A DNA stretch of 64,000 nucleotides from Polyangiales bacterium. Its GTDB lineage: Bacteria; Myxococcota_A; Polyangia; Polyangiales; Polyangiaceae. The DNA is taken from contig JBBRLQ010000009.1 of the NCBI GenBank assembly GCA_038231275.1, positions 160,001 through 224,000 of the forward strand, read 5' to 3'. Every line of letters starts with the position of its first letter. Within the stretch, counting starts at the first letter, position 1. The notes under the pieces are model-generated. The model was not told where the DNA came from. It worked only from the letters and a program-made list of their open reading frames with translations, and ran no database searches. Of this stretch, positions 11,399-19,719 are shown one piece after another. A program made the translations under genes and the position numbers.

Positions 11399-12177
11399 CG
11401 TGGCCCCATCGCCGCGTCGATCTGCGGTAAAAACAGGCTCTCCGGAAACCGCGCGCGGAACGAGCGTTCGTGGCGGGCGGCCTCGTCGCGCCGCCCGAGC
11501 GAGGCGAGCGCGAGGATGCGAAGCGCGTCCCTCTCTTCACTCAGCTGGCCACGCGGGAACGCGGCGGCGTGTCGCTGCACGGCGTCGAGCGCAGCGGCAG
11601 GATTTCCGTGCGCGATCCCGCTCCGCGCCGCGTCGATCAGCGCACGCTCGCGCGCAAGATCGCTCTTGCGGTCGCCGCTCGCCGCGGGGAGGGGGGCGGC
11701 GGAGGATGCGGTCACACTAGGCGCGGGGGCGGTCGGCGCCGCCACGGCGGACGGATCCTCCTTGGGGGCAGCGGTCGGCACCTGAGGAGGCGCGGTCGTC
11801 GCGGTGGTCGCCGTGGCAGAGATCGGAGGCGGCGTCGTCGCGCGCGGCACTCGGCGATCGACGACGGCGCCGGTCACCGCGCCGACCGCGAACGTCGCCG
11901 CGAGGAGCGCCGCGAGCTTGCCCGCCGCGAGGGTGACCGGCTTGGCCAGCGCGGATGGCGCCGCGCCCTCCGGCGAGAGGCCGCCCGTCCCGCCTCCTGG
12001 CTCCTGGCCTCCTGGCTCATGGCCGAGGGCCACGGGTGTCTCCATCAGTCCGGGCGCTGCTGCCTCGAGGCGCGAACGCACGCGCTCGCGGAGAGCTGAG
12101 GTCCCCGCGTCGGAAGTGTGGCGCTCCTCGGCAAGCAGCGCGCGCGCGAGGTCGGAGATGGGCGGAAGATCGCTCAC
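11395..12177 (-). CDS. Putative anti-sigma factor (TM + C-terminal TPR-like helices)
   Basis: Follows ECF with GTGA overlap; single TM; LARERALID...HAAAFPRGQLSEER...FRARFPES. Confidence 0.7.
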   Translation of the reverse strand: MSDLPPISDLARALLAEERHTSDAGTSALRERVRSRLEAAAPGLMETPVALGHEPGGQEPGGGTGGLSPEGAAPSALAKPVTLAAGKLAALLAATFAVGAVTGAVVDRRVPRATTPPPISATATTATTAPPQVPTAAPKEDPSAVAAPTAPAPSVTASSAAPLPAASGDRKSDLARERALIDAARSGIAHGNPAAALDAVQRHAAAFPRGQLSEERDALRILALASLGRRDEAARHERSFRARFPESLFLPQIDAAMGPR

Positions 12178-12689
12178 CGGGCCATCCCTTCTTGCGAGAG
12201 GCGAGCGGCTGCGGTCTCGAACTCTTGCCGCGCCACGCGAAGCCGTGAATACACCGTGTTGATCGCGACCGACAGGACCTCCGAGATCTCTTTGGCGCCG
12301 AAGCCCTCCAGGTCGTGCATGACGAAGACCTCCCTCCGGTCTGGATCCATTCGTTCGAGGGCGCGCAGCGCCAAGGTCTTCGCTTGCGTCGTGCTGGCGC
12401 GTTGCTCAGGGGTGTCTGTGTGCGGAACCTTCGTGTCGATATCGTCGATCGGCTCTGCCCTCCGCTTGCGCCGATGGTTCGCCGCGACGCGGAGCGCGAA
12501 GCCGAAGATCCACGGTCGCAGCGGGCGCCGAGGATCGTACGCGTCGAGCTTGGAGTGGATGGCCAGAAACGTCTCCTGCGCGGCGTCCTCCAAGTCGCGG
12601 TCGGGGACGCCGAGCCGCCGATGCGCGCGGCAGACATACTCGAACTCCGACTCGAAGATCGTCCGCATCGTGCTCGTCGCGCCGCTCAC
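12174..12689 (-). CDS. ECF sigma factor
   Basis: RRLGV...DLEDAAQETFL, LRPWIFGFA, REVFVMHDLEG, EISEVL...NTVYSRLRVAR; GTG 12689 overlaps upstream TGA. Confidence 0.9.
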   Translation of the reverse strand: MSGATSTMRTIFESEFEYVCRAHRRLGVPDRDLEDAAQETFLAIHSKLDAYDPRRPLRPWIFGFALRVAANHRRKRRAEPIDDIDTKVPHTDTPEQRASTTQAKTLALRALERMDPDRREVFVMHDLEGFGAKEISEVLSVAINTVYSRLRVARQEFETAAARLSQEGMAR

Positions 12690-13678
12690 GGGCGGAGCTC
12701 CACCGCGATCCCGAGCCCGACGGCGATGGGCGGGGCCGTCCAGACGTCCGCGCCGTCGGCGTGGAAGCGCGTGCGGACCACGTTCGCGAGCACGTCGACC
12801 GCCGGAGTGACGCACAGGCGAGGCGACGCGCAAAACGGAACCCCGACGCGCGCACCTGCCCACGCGGCCACGGTCACACGGTCGGAGGCGAGCCCTTCGA
12901 TTTCGCCTCGCGCCACACCGAGCGATCCGACCAGACACCCGAGGAGCCATGGCCTGCGATGACACGCGACCGCGCTGCCGGCGGCGAATAACGCGCGGGC
13001 CCGCTCGGGCGGCGTGGACACGAAGCCGGCGGTGGACTCGACCATCGCCTCGAGGCCAAGCGCCCACGCTCCGCTCCACGCGAACGCTCCGACCCGTGCG
13101 CCCAGCGTGACGTCGGGCCCGCGGCCGATCGTCGCTTGAGGCGCGATCTCGAGCGAAGGCTCGAACCGCCGGGACGACGTCGCCGCCGGGTCCTTGGTCT
13201 CCGAACGAGGCGGTGCGAGCGGCTGCGGCGGAGGCGGCGAAGCCGGTGGAGGCGGCGGTGCCGGGGAGGGCTCGGGCGCTGGAGGCGCGGTCGCCCCGGT
13301 CCCCAGCGGGTCCAAGATCATGCTCACCGCGATCGCCACTGAGTCGCCGAGCTCACCACATTCGCTTCGGCTCGCTTCGAGCTCGCGCCGACCGAGGACC
13401 GACTCACCGCGCAGCACGACTTCGGCGCGCACTCTCTTCTTGTCGTCGTGCAGCGTGACCACGAGGGTGCGCGCCGCGCCCGGTACGAACGGATCGAAGC
13501 CGAGCCTGCCGACCACGTGGTCTCGAAAGTCGCGCTCGGTCGGGCACGTGGGCTCGGTCGCCTGGTTGCGGTACTCGAGCGATACGGCAGGTCGCGCAGG
13601 CGCCGGGGCTTCGGCGGCCGCAAGCGCCGCGTGCAGGACGAGCGCCGGTCCAAGTCCGATCGCTGCACCACGCCGCAC
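12686..13678 (-). CDS. Exported protein with Cys-pair N-domain, Pro linker and beta-strand-rich C-domain (possible outer membrane protein)
   Basis: Signal peptide ..AALAAA; CP...C; alternating hydrophobic strands at the C-terminus. Confidence 0.65.
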   Translation of the reverse strand: MRRGAAIGLGPALVLHAALAAAEAPAPARPAVSLEYRNQATEPTCPTERDFRDHVVGRLGFDPFVPGAARTLVVTLHDDKKRVRAEVVLRGESVLGRRELEASRSECGELGDSVAIAVSMILDPLGTGATAPPAPEPSPAPPPPPASPPPPQPLAPPRSETKDPAATSSRRFEPSLEIAPQATIGRGPDVTLGARVGAFAWSGAWALGLEAMVESTAGFVSTPPERARALFAAGSAVACHRRPWLLGCLVGSLGVARGEIEGLASDRVTVAAWAGARVGVPFCASPRLCVTPAVDVLANVVRTRFHADGADVWTAPPIAVGLGIAVELRP

Positions 13679-13715
13679 CGACGGAGCGTACCACCTCGCC
13701 GTTCGTTCCTGGCGC

Positions 13716-14639
13716 TCACCGGCAACGGCCTCGGCTCGGCATGATCATCGTCCCCGATGGGCCCTCTGCGCCGCGAACCACCGGCAGCTCCGCGGTCGCT
13801 TCGAAGGCACTCGGGTCGCGATGCGCCGTGCGGTCCCACGACCATGGGATGGAGGAGCGCACCTCCTTCAGGCCGGACAGAACCGCGCCGCCATCCGCCG
13901 GGCGCTCCGCCGGATCGGGCGACAGCATTCGCGCGACGAGATCGTCGAGGAGCGCCGGGATGTCCGCGCGCAGCTCGCTCGGACGTCGCTCGCGAACCGG
14001 CTCCCACGGCGCGGCGCCCGACGGGGGCTCCCCGGTCAAGCAGTGGAAGAGGACCGCGCCGAGCGAGTACACGTCCGAGCGCGCGTCGGCGCGCTTCGCG
14101 TCCACGCGCTGCTCGGGGGGCATGTACTCCATCGTTCCCATGAACGTGCCGGTGGCGGTGAGCTCTGCGGAGTCGCGGAGCGGCCGCGCGAGGCCGAAGT
14201 CGAGCAGCTTGACCCGAGCGACGTCGCCGTCCGGGAGGATCAGGTTCATGGGCTTCAGATCACGATGCACGAACCTCCGCACGTGGGCCCAGGCCATGGC
14301 GTCCGCCACCGGCAGGGCGAGGCGGAGCACTTCGTCCAAGGACAGACGAACGGATCCGAGGCGGTGTTCGAGATCCTCCCCGTCGAGCCACTCCATGGCG
14401 AGCCACAACTTCCCCGTGCGACTCCGTCCGTGGCCCCGGTAGCGGACGATGTGCGGGTGATCCATCGCCGCGAGCACCGTCGCTTCCTGCCGGAAGCGCT
14501 CGTGCAGGCTCGGCGACGGGATCTTCAGCGCGACGGGCGAGGCGGTGACCCGATCCCAGGCTTTGTAGACGATGCCCATGGCCCCTCGTCCCGCCACACG
14601 CAAAATTTCGAAGCGCGCGTCGACTTTCGGCGTGGACAT
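13716..14639 (-). CDS. Cytoplasmic Ser/Thr protein kinase
   Basis: GRGAMGIVY, VALK, HRDLKPMN, DFG, YMPPE, SDVYSLG; no TM. Confidence 0.9.
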   Translation of the reverse strand: MSTPKVDARFEILRVAGRGAMGIVYKAWDRVTASPVALKIPSPSLHERFRQEATVLAAMDHPHIVRYRGHGRSRTGKLWLAMEWLDGEDLEHRLGSVRLSLDEVLRLALPVADAMAWAHVRRFVHRDLKPMNLILPDGDVARVKLLDFGLARPLRDSAELTATGTFMGTMEYMPPEQRVDAKRADARSDVYSLGAVLFHCLTGEPPSGAAPWEPVRERRPSELRADIPALLDDLVARMLSPDPAERPADGGAVLSGLKEVRSSIPWSWDRTAHRDPSAFEATAELPVVRGAEGPSGTMIMPSRGRCR

Positions 14640-14800
14640 CCACCGACCCTCAGCGGGAGCTGCGTCGTATGCGCGAACCGACGGCATCGTGCACGACGAG
14701 GACCTCATGGTCAGCACTTGTCGCCAGGGCGGACTTCCGTCGAAAATAAATGGGATCGAGAAGGACGACCACGGGAAGGCGGGCCGGGTACGGTGGTCGG

Positions 14801-15910
14801 ATGCGCGTCACCGAAACGCTCGGTCCGGCCTGGGACCACATGCGGCGCCTCCTGTTCGGCCCCTTCACCATCGGGACGTGGTTCTCGTTCGGCTTCATCT
14901 TCTTCCTGCAGAGCTGCACGGAGGGGAGCGGCAGCAGCAACTTCCGCGTGCCGGACATGAGCGGGTGGGGTGGCGGCGGCGGCGGAGGTGGTGGCGGCGG
15001 AGGCGGTGGCGGCGGTGGCGGCGGCGGCGTTCCGGGAGGCGGAGGCACCGGCGATCACATCGCGGGCCTCGCGCCGTGGCCGTTCTCCGGTCTCCCTGAT
15101 CTCGACACCGGGCTCCTCATCGGGCTCGGCATCGGCTTCGCCTTCGCGATGGTGGCCCTCGCGGTCGTCGCGCTCTGGCTCGGCACGCGCGGGCAGATGA
15201 TGGCGATCCGGAGCGTCGCGAGCGGCAACGCCGGGATCGGCGAGACGTGGTCGGCCACCGGGGCGCCCGGGATCGCGCTCTTCAAGTTCCACCTCGCGCT
15301 GATCGGCATCGGCGTGCTCGTCTTCCTTCCGCTCGCCGGCGGCGGCGCGCTCGTCCTGGTCCCGGTCTTTCGCGGCGTGTCGCGCATCGAGGACACGTGG
15401 CCGGCGCTCCTTGCATTGGGTGCGCTCGTCTTCGTCGCGGCGATTCCGTTCTTGCTCGTCGGCGCCCTGACGAGGAACTTCGTCGCGCCGGTCATGCTGA
15501 AGGAGGGCGTCGGCGCGCGCGACGCGTGGAAGCGCTTCTGGGCCGTCGGCAAGGAGCACGTCGGGAAGATCATCCTCTACTTCATCCTCCGCTTCTTCTT
15601 CGCGATCGGCGTTGCGATCGTCGGGACGATCGCGGGGTTCGTCACGTGCTGCATCGGCTTTTTGCCCGTGCTGCACCAGACGCTGATGGCGCCTTGGTAC
15701 GTGTTCGAGCGCGCGTGGGCGCTGGAGGTGCTCGCCTCGCTCGGCCCGGAGTTCGACCTGATCCTGCGCGCTCCGGAGCCGCCGCCGTGGGGAGGCCAGG
15801 GGGGGCAGGGAGGGTACGGGCAGCCCGCCTATCCAGGTGGCTACGGCCCGCCGCAACCGCCTCCGCCTCCGCTCCCTCCCTATGGCGGCGGCTACGGCCC
15901 GCCGCCGTAG
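14801..15910 (+). CDS. Polytopic membrane protein with poly-Gly insert and Pro/Gly/Tyr tail
   Basis: Several TM segments, FVAPVML, VTCCIG; TACGGT 6 nt before ATG 14801. Confidence 0.75.
   Translation: MRVTETLGPAWDHMRRLLFGPFTIGTWFSFGFIFFLQSCTEGSGSSNFRVPDMSGWGGGGGGGGGGGGGGGGGGGGVPGGGGTGDHIAGLAPWPFSGLPDLDTGLLIGLGIGFAFAMVALAVVALWLGTRGQMMAIRSVASGNAGIGETWSATGAPGIALFKFHLALIGIGVLVFLPLAGGGALVLVPVFRGVSRIEDTWPALLALGALVFVAAIPFLLVGALTRNFVAPVMLKEGVGARDAWKRFWAVGKEHVGKIILYFILRFFFAIGVAIVGTIAGFVTCCIGFLPVLHQTLMAPWYVFERAWALEVLASLGPEFDLILRAPEPPPWGGQGGQGGYGQPAYPGGYGPPQPPPPPLPPYGGGYGPPP
14968..15046 (+). repeat. GGN poly-glycine tract
   Basis: Run of GGC/GGT/GGA codons encoding about 20 consecutive Gly. Confidence 0.85.
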
Positions 15911-16575
15911 ATCGCCTCAACGAGCGCGGGACCGCAGGTGTCGACGATCGCGTCGGCGCCTGCCGCGGCCAGCTCTGCGCGCGCGCCGCCGTGCGTCCCC
16001 ACGCCGACGACGCGTGCGCCGATCGCTCGCCCTGCGCAGACGTCGTGCTCGGTGTCGCCGACGACGACCACTGTGGTTGCGGCGGTAGCGACCTGTGCGC
16101 ATCGCGTGACGGCGGTGCGGAGGATCGCGTCGCGCGCTTCGGCGTCGCAGCCGTAGCCGCCGCGATCGAGGTCGAAGAGCTCGAGGAGGCCCGCCGAGCG
16201 GAGCTTGAGCGCCGCCCCCGCGCGGACGTTGCCAGTGCCGATCCCGACGATCGATCCGCGCGCCCGGCACGCCGCGAGCACCGATGCGACGTCTCCCACC
16301 GGCCGATAGCGGCGCTCCGACAGGATCGCCTCGAGCTCCTGCAGGTACGCGTCGAGCAGCTCGGCGACGGTCGCCTCGTCCTCGGGCGCGCCGGCCTTCC
16401 GGAGCAGCGCGCGCGCGATTGCTCGGTCAGTGCCTCCGGCGAAGCGCACGCCGCTCGACGACGACGAGACGCCGAAGACGCGATCCATCGCGCGATCGAT
16501 CGCCGCGCGGCCCGGGCCGGGGGCACCGTCGAAGGTGAGCGCCGTGCCGTCGAGATCGAAGAGAACGATGTGCAT
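15892..16575 (-). CDS. HAD family hydrolase
   Basis: MHIVLFDLDGT, GTGN, VVGDTEHD. Confidence 0.9.
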   Translation of the reverse strand: MHIVLFDLDGTALTFDGAPGPGRAAIDRAMDRVFGVSSSSSGVRFAGGTDRAIARALLRKAGAPEDEATVAELLDAYLQELEAILSERRYRPVGDVASVLAACRARGSIVGIGTGNVRAGAALKLRSAGLLELFDLDRGGYGCDAEARDAILRTAVTRCAQVATAATTVVVVGDTEHDVCAGRAIGARVVGVGTHGGARAELAAAGADAIVDTCGPALVEAIYGGGP

Positions 16576-16610
16576 CGTGTGAGGAAAGAATAGCGCGAAC
16601 GGCTCTCGCG

Positions 16611-17468
16611 TCACTTGTTGAACCGGCTCACCAGGTTCTCCGTGACGCCGCGCTCCCAGAGCTCTGCGGCGATTCCCTTCACGTGGTCCCACGCGGCGGC
16701 GGGGCGCGGCGGGGCGCGCACGCGGCTCCGCGCTCTCACGTTCGCGCCGACGCGCCGCATCCACGCGCGCTCGTCGTCGTTCATCGGGCCGCGCGCGAGC
16801 GCCTCGAGGACGCCGTCGAGCTCGTCCGCGTTCTTGGGACCCGCGAGGCATTGAGCCACCGCGGGATGCGTGAGCACGAAGCGGTAGCAATCCGCGCCAC
16901 GTGGCTGCGCGTCGCCAGGCGGCGCAGCGCCTTCGGAGAGGAGCGTGCCCCATCGCGTCGCGGTGTACGCGACGACGCGCTTGCTGCGTGCGCTGGCGAG
17001 GGGCAGGACATCGTCCTCGGCGCCAGTGTGCGCCGCGTTGTAGCGGACCATCACGCCGTCGAGCGCGTCGTCGCGGAGGAGGGCGTCGAACGTGGGCCGC
17101 GCGTGGCAGGAGACGATGATGGAGCGGACGACGCCGCGCTCCTTGAGGCGCGTCGCGGCGTCGATGAGCGCGCGCGGCGGCGGGGTGTTCCAGAAGCCGA
17201 GGCAGAGCACGTCGATCGTGTCGACGCCGAGCCGCGCGCGGGCGAGCTCCACCGACGGACGGATCATCCAGGGCTCGCGCGCGAACGTCTGAATCGCGAT
17301 GCGCATCCGATCGCGCTCGCGCCGCGCGAGCCTGCGCACTGCGCCGCCGAAGTCGCCGCGGCGCAACGCACCCCAGAAATACGAGCGCAGGCCGCGCTCG
17401 AATGCGCGCTCCACCTCGCGCGCCGGCAACCCGTAGCTCGACGCGAGCGCGATGCGGTCGCCGTCCAT
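16611..17468 (-). CDS. Aldo/keto reductase-fold protein (degenerate active site)
   Basis: RLGVDTIDVL, LKERGVVRSIIVSCH, MVRYNAAH, YRFVLTHPAV...GPKNADEL. Confidence 0.75.
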   Translation of the reverse strand: MDGDRIALASSYGLPAREVERAFERGLRSYFWGALRRGDFGGAVRRLARRERDRMRIAIQTFAREPWMIRPSVELARARLGVDTIDVLCLGFWNTPPPRALIDAATRLKERGVVRSIIVSCHARPTFDALLRDDALDGVMVRYNAAHTGAEDDVLPLASARSKRVVAYTATRWGTLLSEGAAPPGDAQPRGADCYRFVLTHPAVAQCLAGPKNADELDGVLEALARGPMNDDERAWMRRVGANVRARSRVRAPPRPAAAWDHVKGIAAELWERGVTENLVSRFNK

Positions 17469-17568
17469 GTCGCCCCAGCGTAGCAGCGGCGCGCCGCGAG
17501 GGCCTGCGAGGCTCGCGAGCCTGCGCGAGCGACGGCGTCGAATTTACGGGATTTTCGGCATGACGTAC

Positions 17569-17585
17569 GTGGCGGGCTCCTTGCA
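17569..17585 (+). promoter_or_regulatory. Putative sigma54 promoter
   Basis: GTGGCGGGCTCCTTGCA, GG-N10-GC; in-frame GTG 17600 is 16 nt after the GC. Confidence 0.5.
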
Positions 17586-17599
17586 CTCGAATGGCCGCC

Positions 17600-18916
17600 G
17601 TGAGCTCTCGCGCGCTTCGACGGGTGGCGTTCTGCTTGGCTCCGCTCGTTCTCGCCGCCTGCTCCGACGGAGCCGCCGGCCCCGCAGCGACCCTCGACGT
17701 GCCGCCCGGCGCTCTCGCCTCGTCCGACGGGGGCGGCTCGCCCGACGCAGGGTTTTTGGGAAGCGACACCGGAGCGCCCGACCCTCCCGCGCGCGACGCC
17801 GGTCCGCCGGACGCGCAACCCATTCCGTGCCCCACCGGACTCGCCGCCCGCTGGACGTGCGACGGAAGCGCGCGCCAACGCTGCGTCGACGGCCGTCTCC
17901 TTCGCGACGCCTGCGCGTACGGTTGCGCGGACGCTGCGGACGGTGACGACGCCGCGTGCACGTGCGGCCCCAACGCGTCCTTCTCGCACTGGAACTGCCT
18001 CGCCGACGGAGACCTCCACGCATGCCCCGGCGGCGTGTACGTGGGTCGGGCGTGCGGCGCGGGTGGATGCGCAGCCGGTCCTCTCGGCACCAACGATGTG
18101 TGTATTATACAATCATCGAGCCTCGCTTCCGTCGTCGCGCGCCTCGGTGGCGAGTGCGGGCAGTTCTCTCCCGGCACGACCTGCGGTATCACCGTTCGCG
18201 ACTTGGTCACCGGCGAGACGGCGAGCGCCCGCGGCGACACACCGTTCGTGAGCGCCAGCTCCGCCAAGGCCCTCTGGGTCGCCGCCGCGCTCTACGACGT
18301 CGGCTCGGACGCCGTCGCGCCGCACGCCGACGCCATCTTTCGAAACTCCGACAACTACGAGTCCGGCGCCGTGATCGATCTCCTCGCGTCGCCTGCCCGC
18401 GTGAACACATTCATGTGGAACGATCTCGGCCTCGCGACGAGCGGCTACTGCGCGTGGGGATTCGGTCACCCGCGCAACGCCTCGAACTGCCCGCCGTCGA
18501 TGGGCGGCGACAACTTCTTCACGTCCGCGGACGTCGTCGCGTTCCTGACCGCGCTCTGGGACGGCTCGCTCCTCGGCGCTGCGACGAGCAAGACCGAGCT
18601 CGAATGGATGAAGCTATCGCCTCGCTCCGGCTACGGCGGGTGGCTGGGCACGCTGCTGCCGGCCGCCGCGCGCGCGACGATGCACCACAAGGCGGGCTGG
18701 CTCCCTCCGTCGGTGGTCCCCGGATATTCGAACGCGAACGAACTCGGGATCGTCGAGCCGCCGGGCGGTCACGCGTATGCCGTCGCGCTCCTCTTCGACG
18801 GCGGCACGAGCTACGACGAGAAGCAGCTGCCTACGCTCGAGTACGCGTCGTGCGTCGTCTACCACGCGGTCCTCGGCGACGCGGCGGACCCGTTCGCAGG
18901 CTGCACGCATCCCTGA
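17600..18916 (+). CDS. Lipoprotein: Cys-rich N-domain + serine beta-lactamase/PBP-like hydrolase
   Basis: VLAAC lipobox; SSAK (SxxK), SDN, HKAG; alternative start ATG 17591. Confidence 0.82.
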   Translation: MSSRALRRVAFCLAPLVLAACSDGAAGPAATLDVPPGALASSDGGGSPDAGFLGSDTGAPDPPARDAGPPDAQPIPCPTGLAARWTCDGSARQRCVDGRLLRDACAYGCADAADGDDAACTCGPNASFSHWNCLADGDLHACPGGVYVGRACGAGGCAAGPLGTNDVCIIQSSSLASVVARLGGECGQFSPGTTCGITVRDLVTGETASARGDTPFVSASSAKALWVAAALYDVGSDAVAPHADAIFRNSDNYESGAVIDLLASPARVNTFMWNDLGLATSGYCAWGFGHPRNASNCPPSMGGDNFFTSADVVAFLTALWDGSLLGAATSKTELEWMKLSPRSGYGGWLGTLLPAAARATMHHKAGWLPPSVVPGYSNANELGIVEPPGGHAYAVALLFDGGTSYDEKQLPTLEYASCVVYHAVLGDAADPFAGCTHP

Positions 18917-18931
18917 GCGCTTCGATCACTA

Positions 18932-19705
18932 TCAATCGATCGGCGTGGCGTTGCGCGCGTGCGTCAGGACCGGCGCCGGAGAGAGCCCGCCGGTGTTCGC
19001 GACGAAGATGGCCACGTGCTGCGTACGGTGCGGCTGTCCCGCCTCGTCGCGCACGACGTCATGCCAGCGCGCCACGAGCTCTTGCTTCGGGAGGTACGCG
19101 TAGCTGCCGGGCGTGCTGGGATCCATGAAGAAGTAGACGTCCTCTTCGGCGGCGGACGGAGTCGACGGCACCGCGGCCTTGCCGGCGCCGACGAGCACGA
19201 CGTAGTGACCGTCGTCGTAGTCGCTCTCCCACGGCACTTGCTCGGTGGCGTGTGTCCGCTCCTGCCATGCCTCGATGTCCACGATCGTCGGCTCGCCGCG
19301 CGCGAGGGCGCGATCGAGATCGTCCGTCGTCGCTTCGGTCCGCAGTTCGGCGGTCAAGCCGGTTTGCATCGCCGCGAACGAGGCGATCGCTCGCGGCTCC
19401 GTGCCGTCGTGCGATGTCGTCCCGAGCGCCTCGATGAGATCGCCCTCGGTCGTCTCGCGGAAGCTCTCCGGCTTCCAGTAACGAAGAACGGAGAGCAGCG
19501 CCGCGTTCCCGCACGTGTAGTCCGTGCGCTGCGGGAGAAGCGGCACGCGCAGCGCTTCCGAGGGGAGCGGGATGGCGCCCGGATTGGCGGCGGTCGAGTG
19601 CGGGGCGGGCGCGGCGGCGTCCGAGGTCGCCGTGAAGCACAGCGCGCCGATCGCGACGCAGACGAGCGACACGGGCGAGGCGAGGGCCTTTCGGAGCGAC
19701 CGCAA
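18932..19705 (-). CDS. Exported C39-like cysteine peptidase
   Basis: Signal peptide; QRTDYTCG (Gln, Cys), GHYVVLVG (His), FMDP (Asp). Confidence 0.85.
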   Translation of the reverse strand: MRSLRKALASPVSLVCVAIGALCFTATSDAAAPAPHSTAANPGAIPLPSEALRVPLLPQRTDYTCGNAALLSVLRYWKPESFRETTEGDLIEALGTTSHDGTEPRAIASFAAMQTGLTAELRTEATTDDLDRALARGEPTIVDIEAWQERTHATEQVPWESDYDDGHYVVLVGAGKAAVPSTPSAAEEDVYFFMDPSTPGSYAYLPKQELVARWHDVVRDEAGQPHRTQHVAIFVANTGGLSPAPVLTHARNATPID

Positions 19706-19719
19706 GCGTTGAATCTAGC

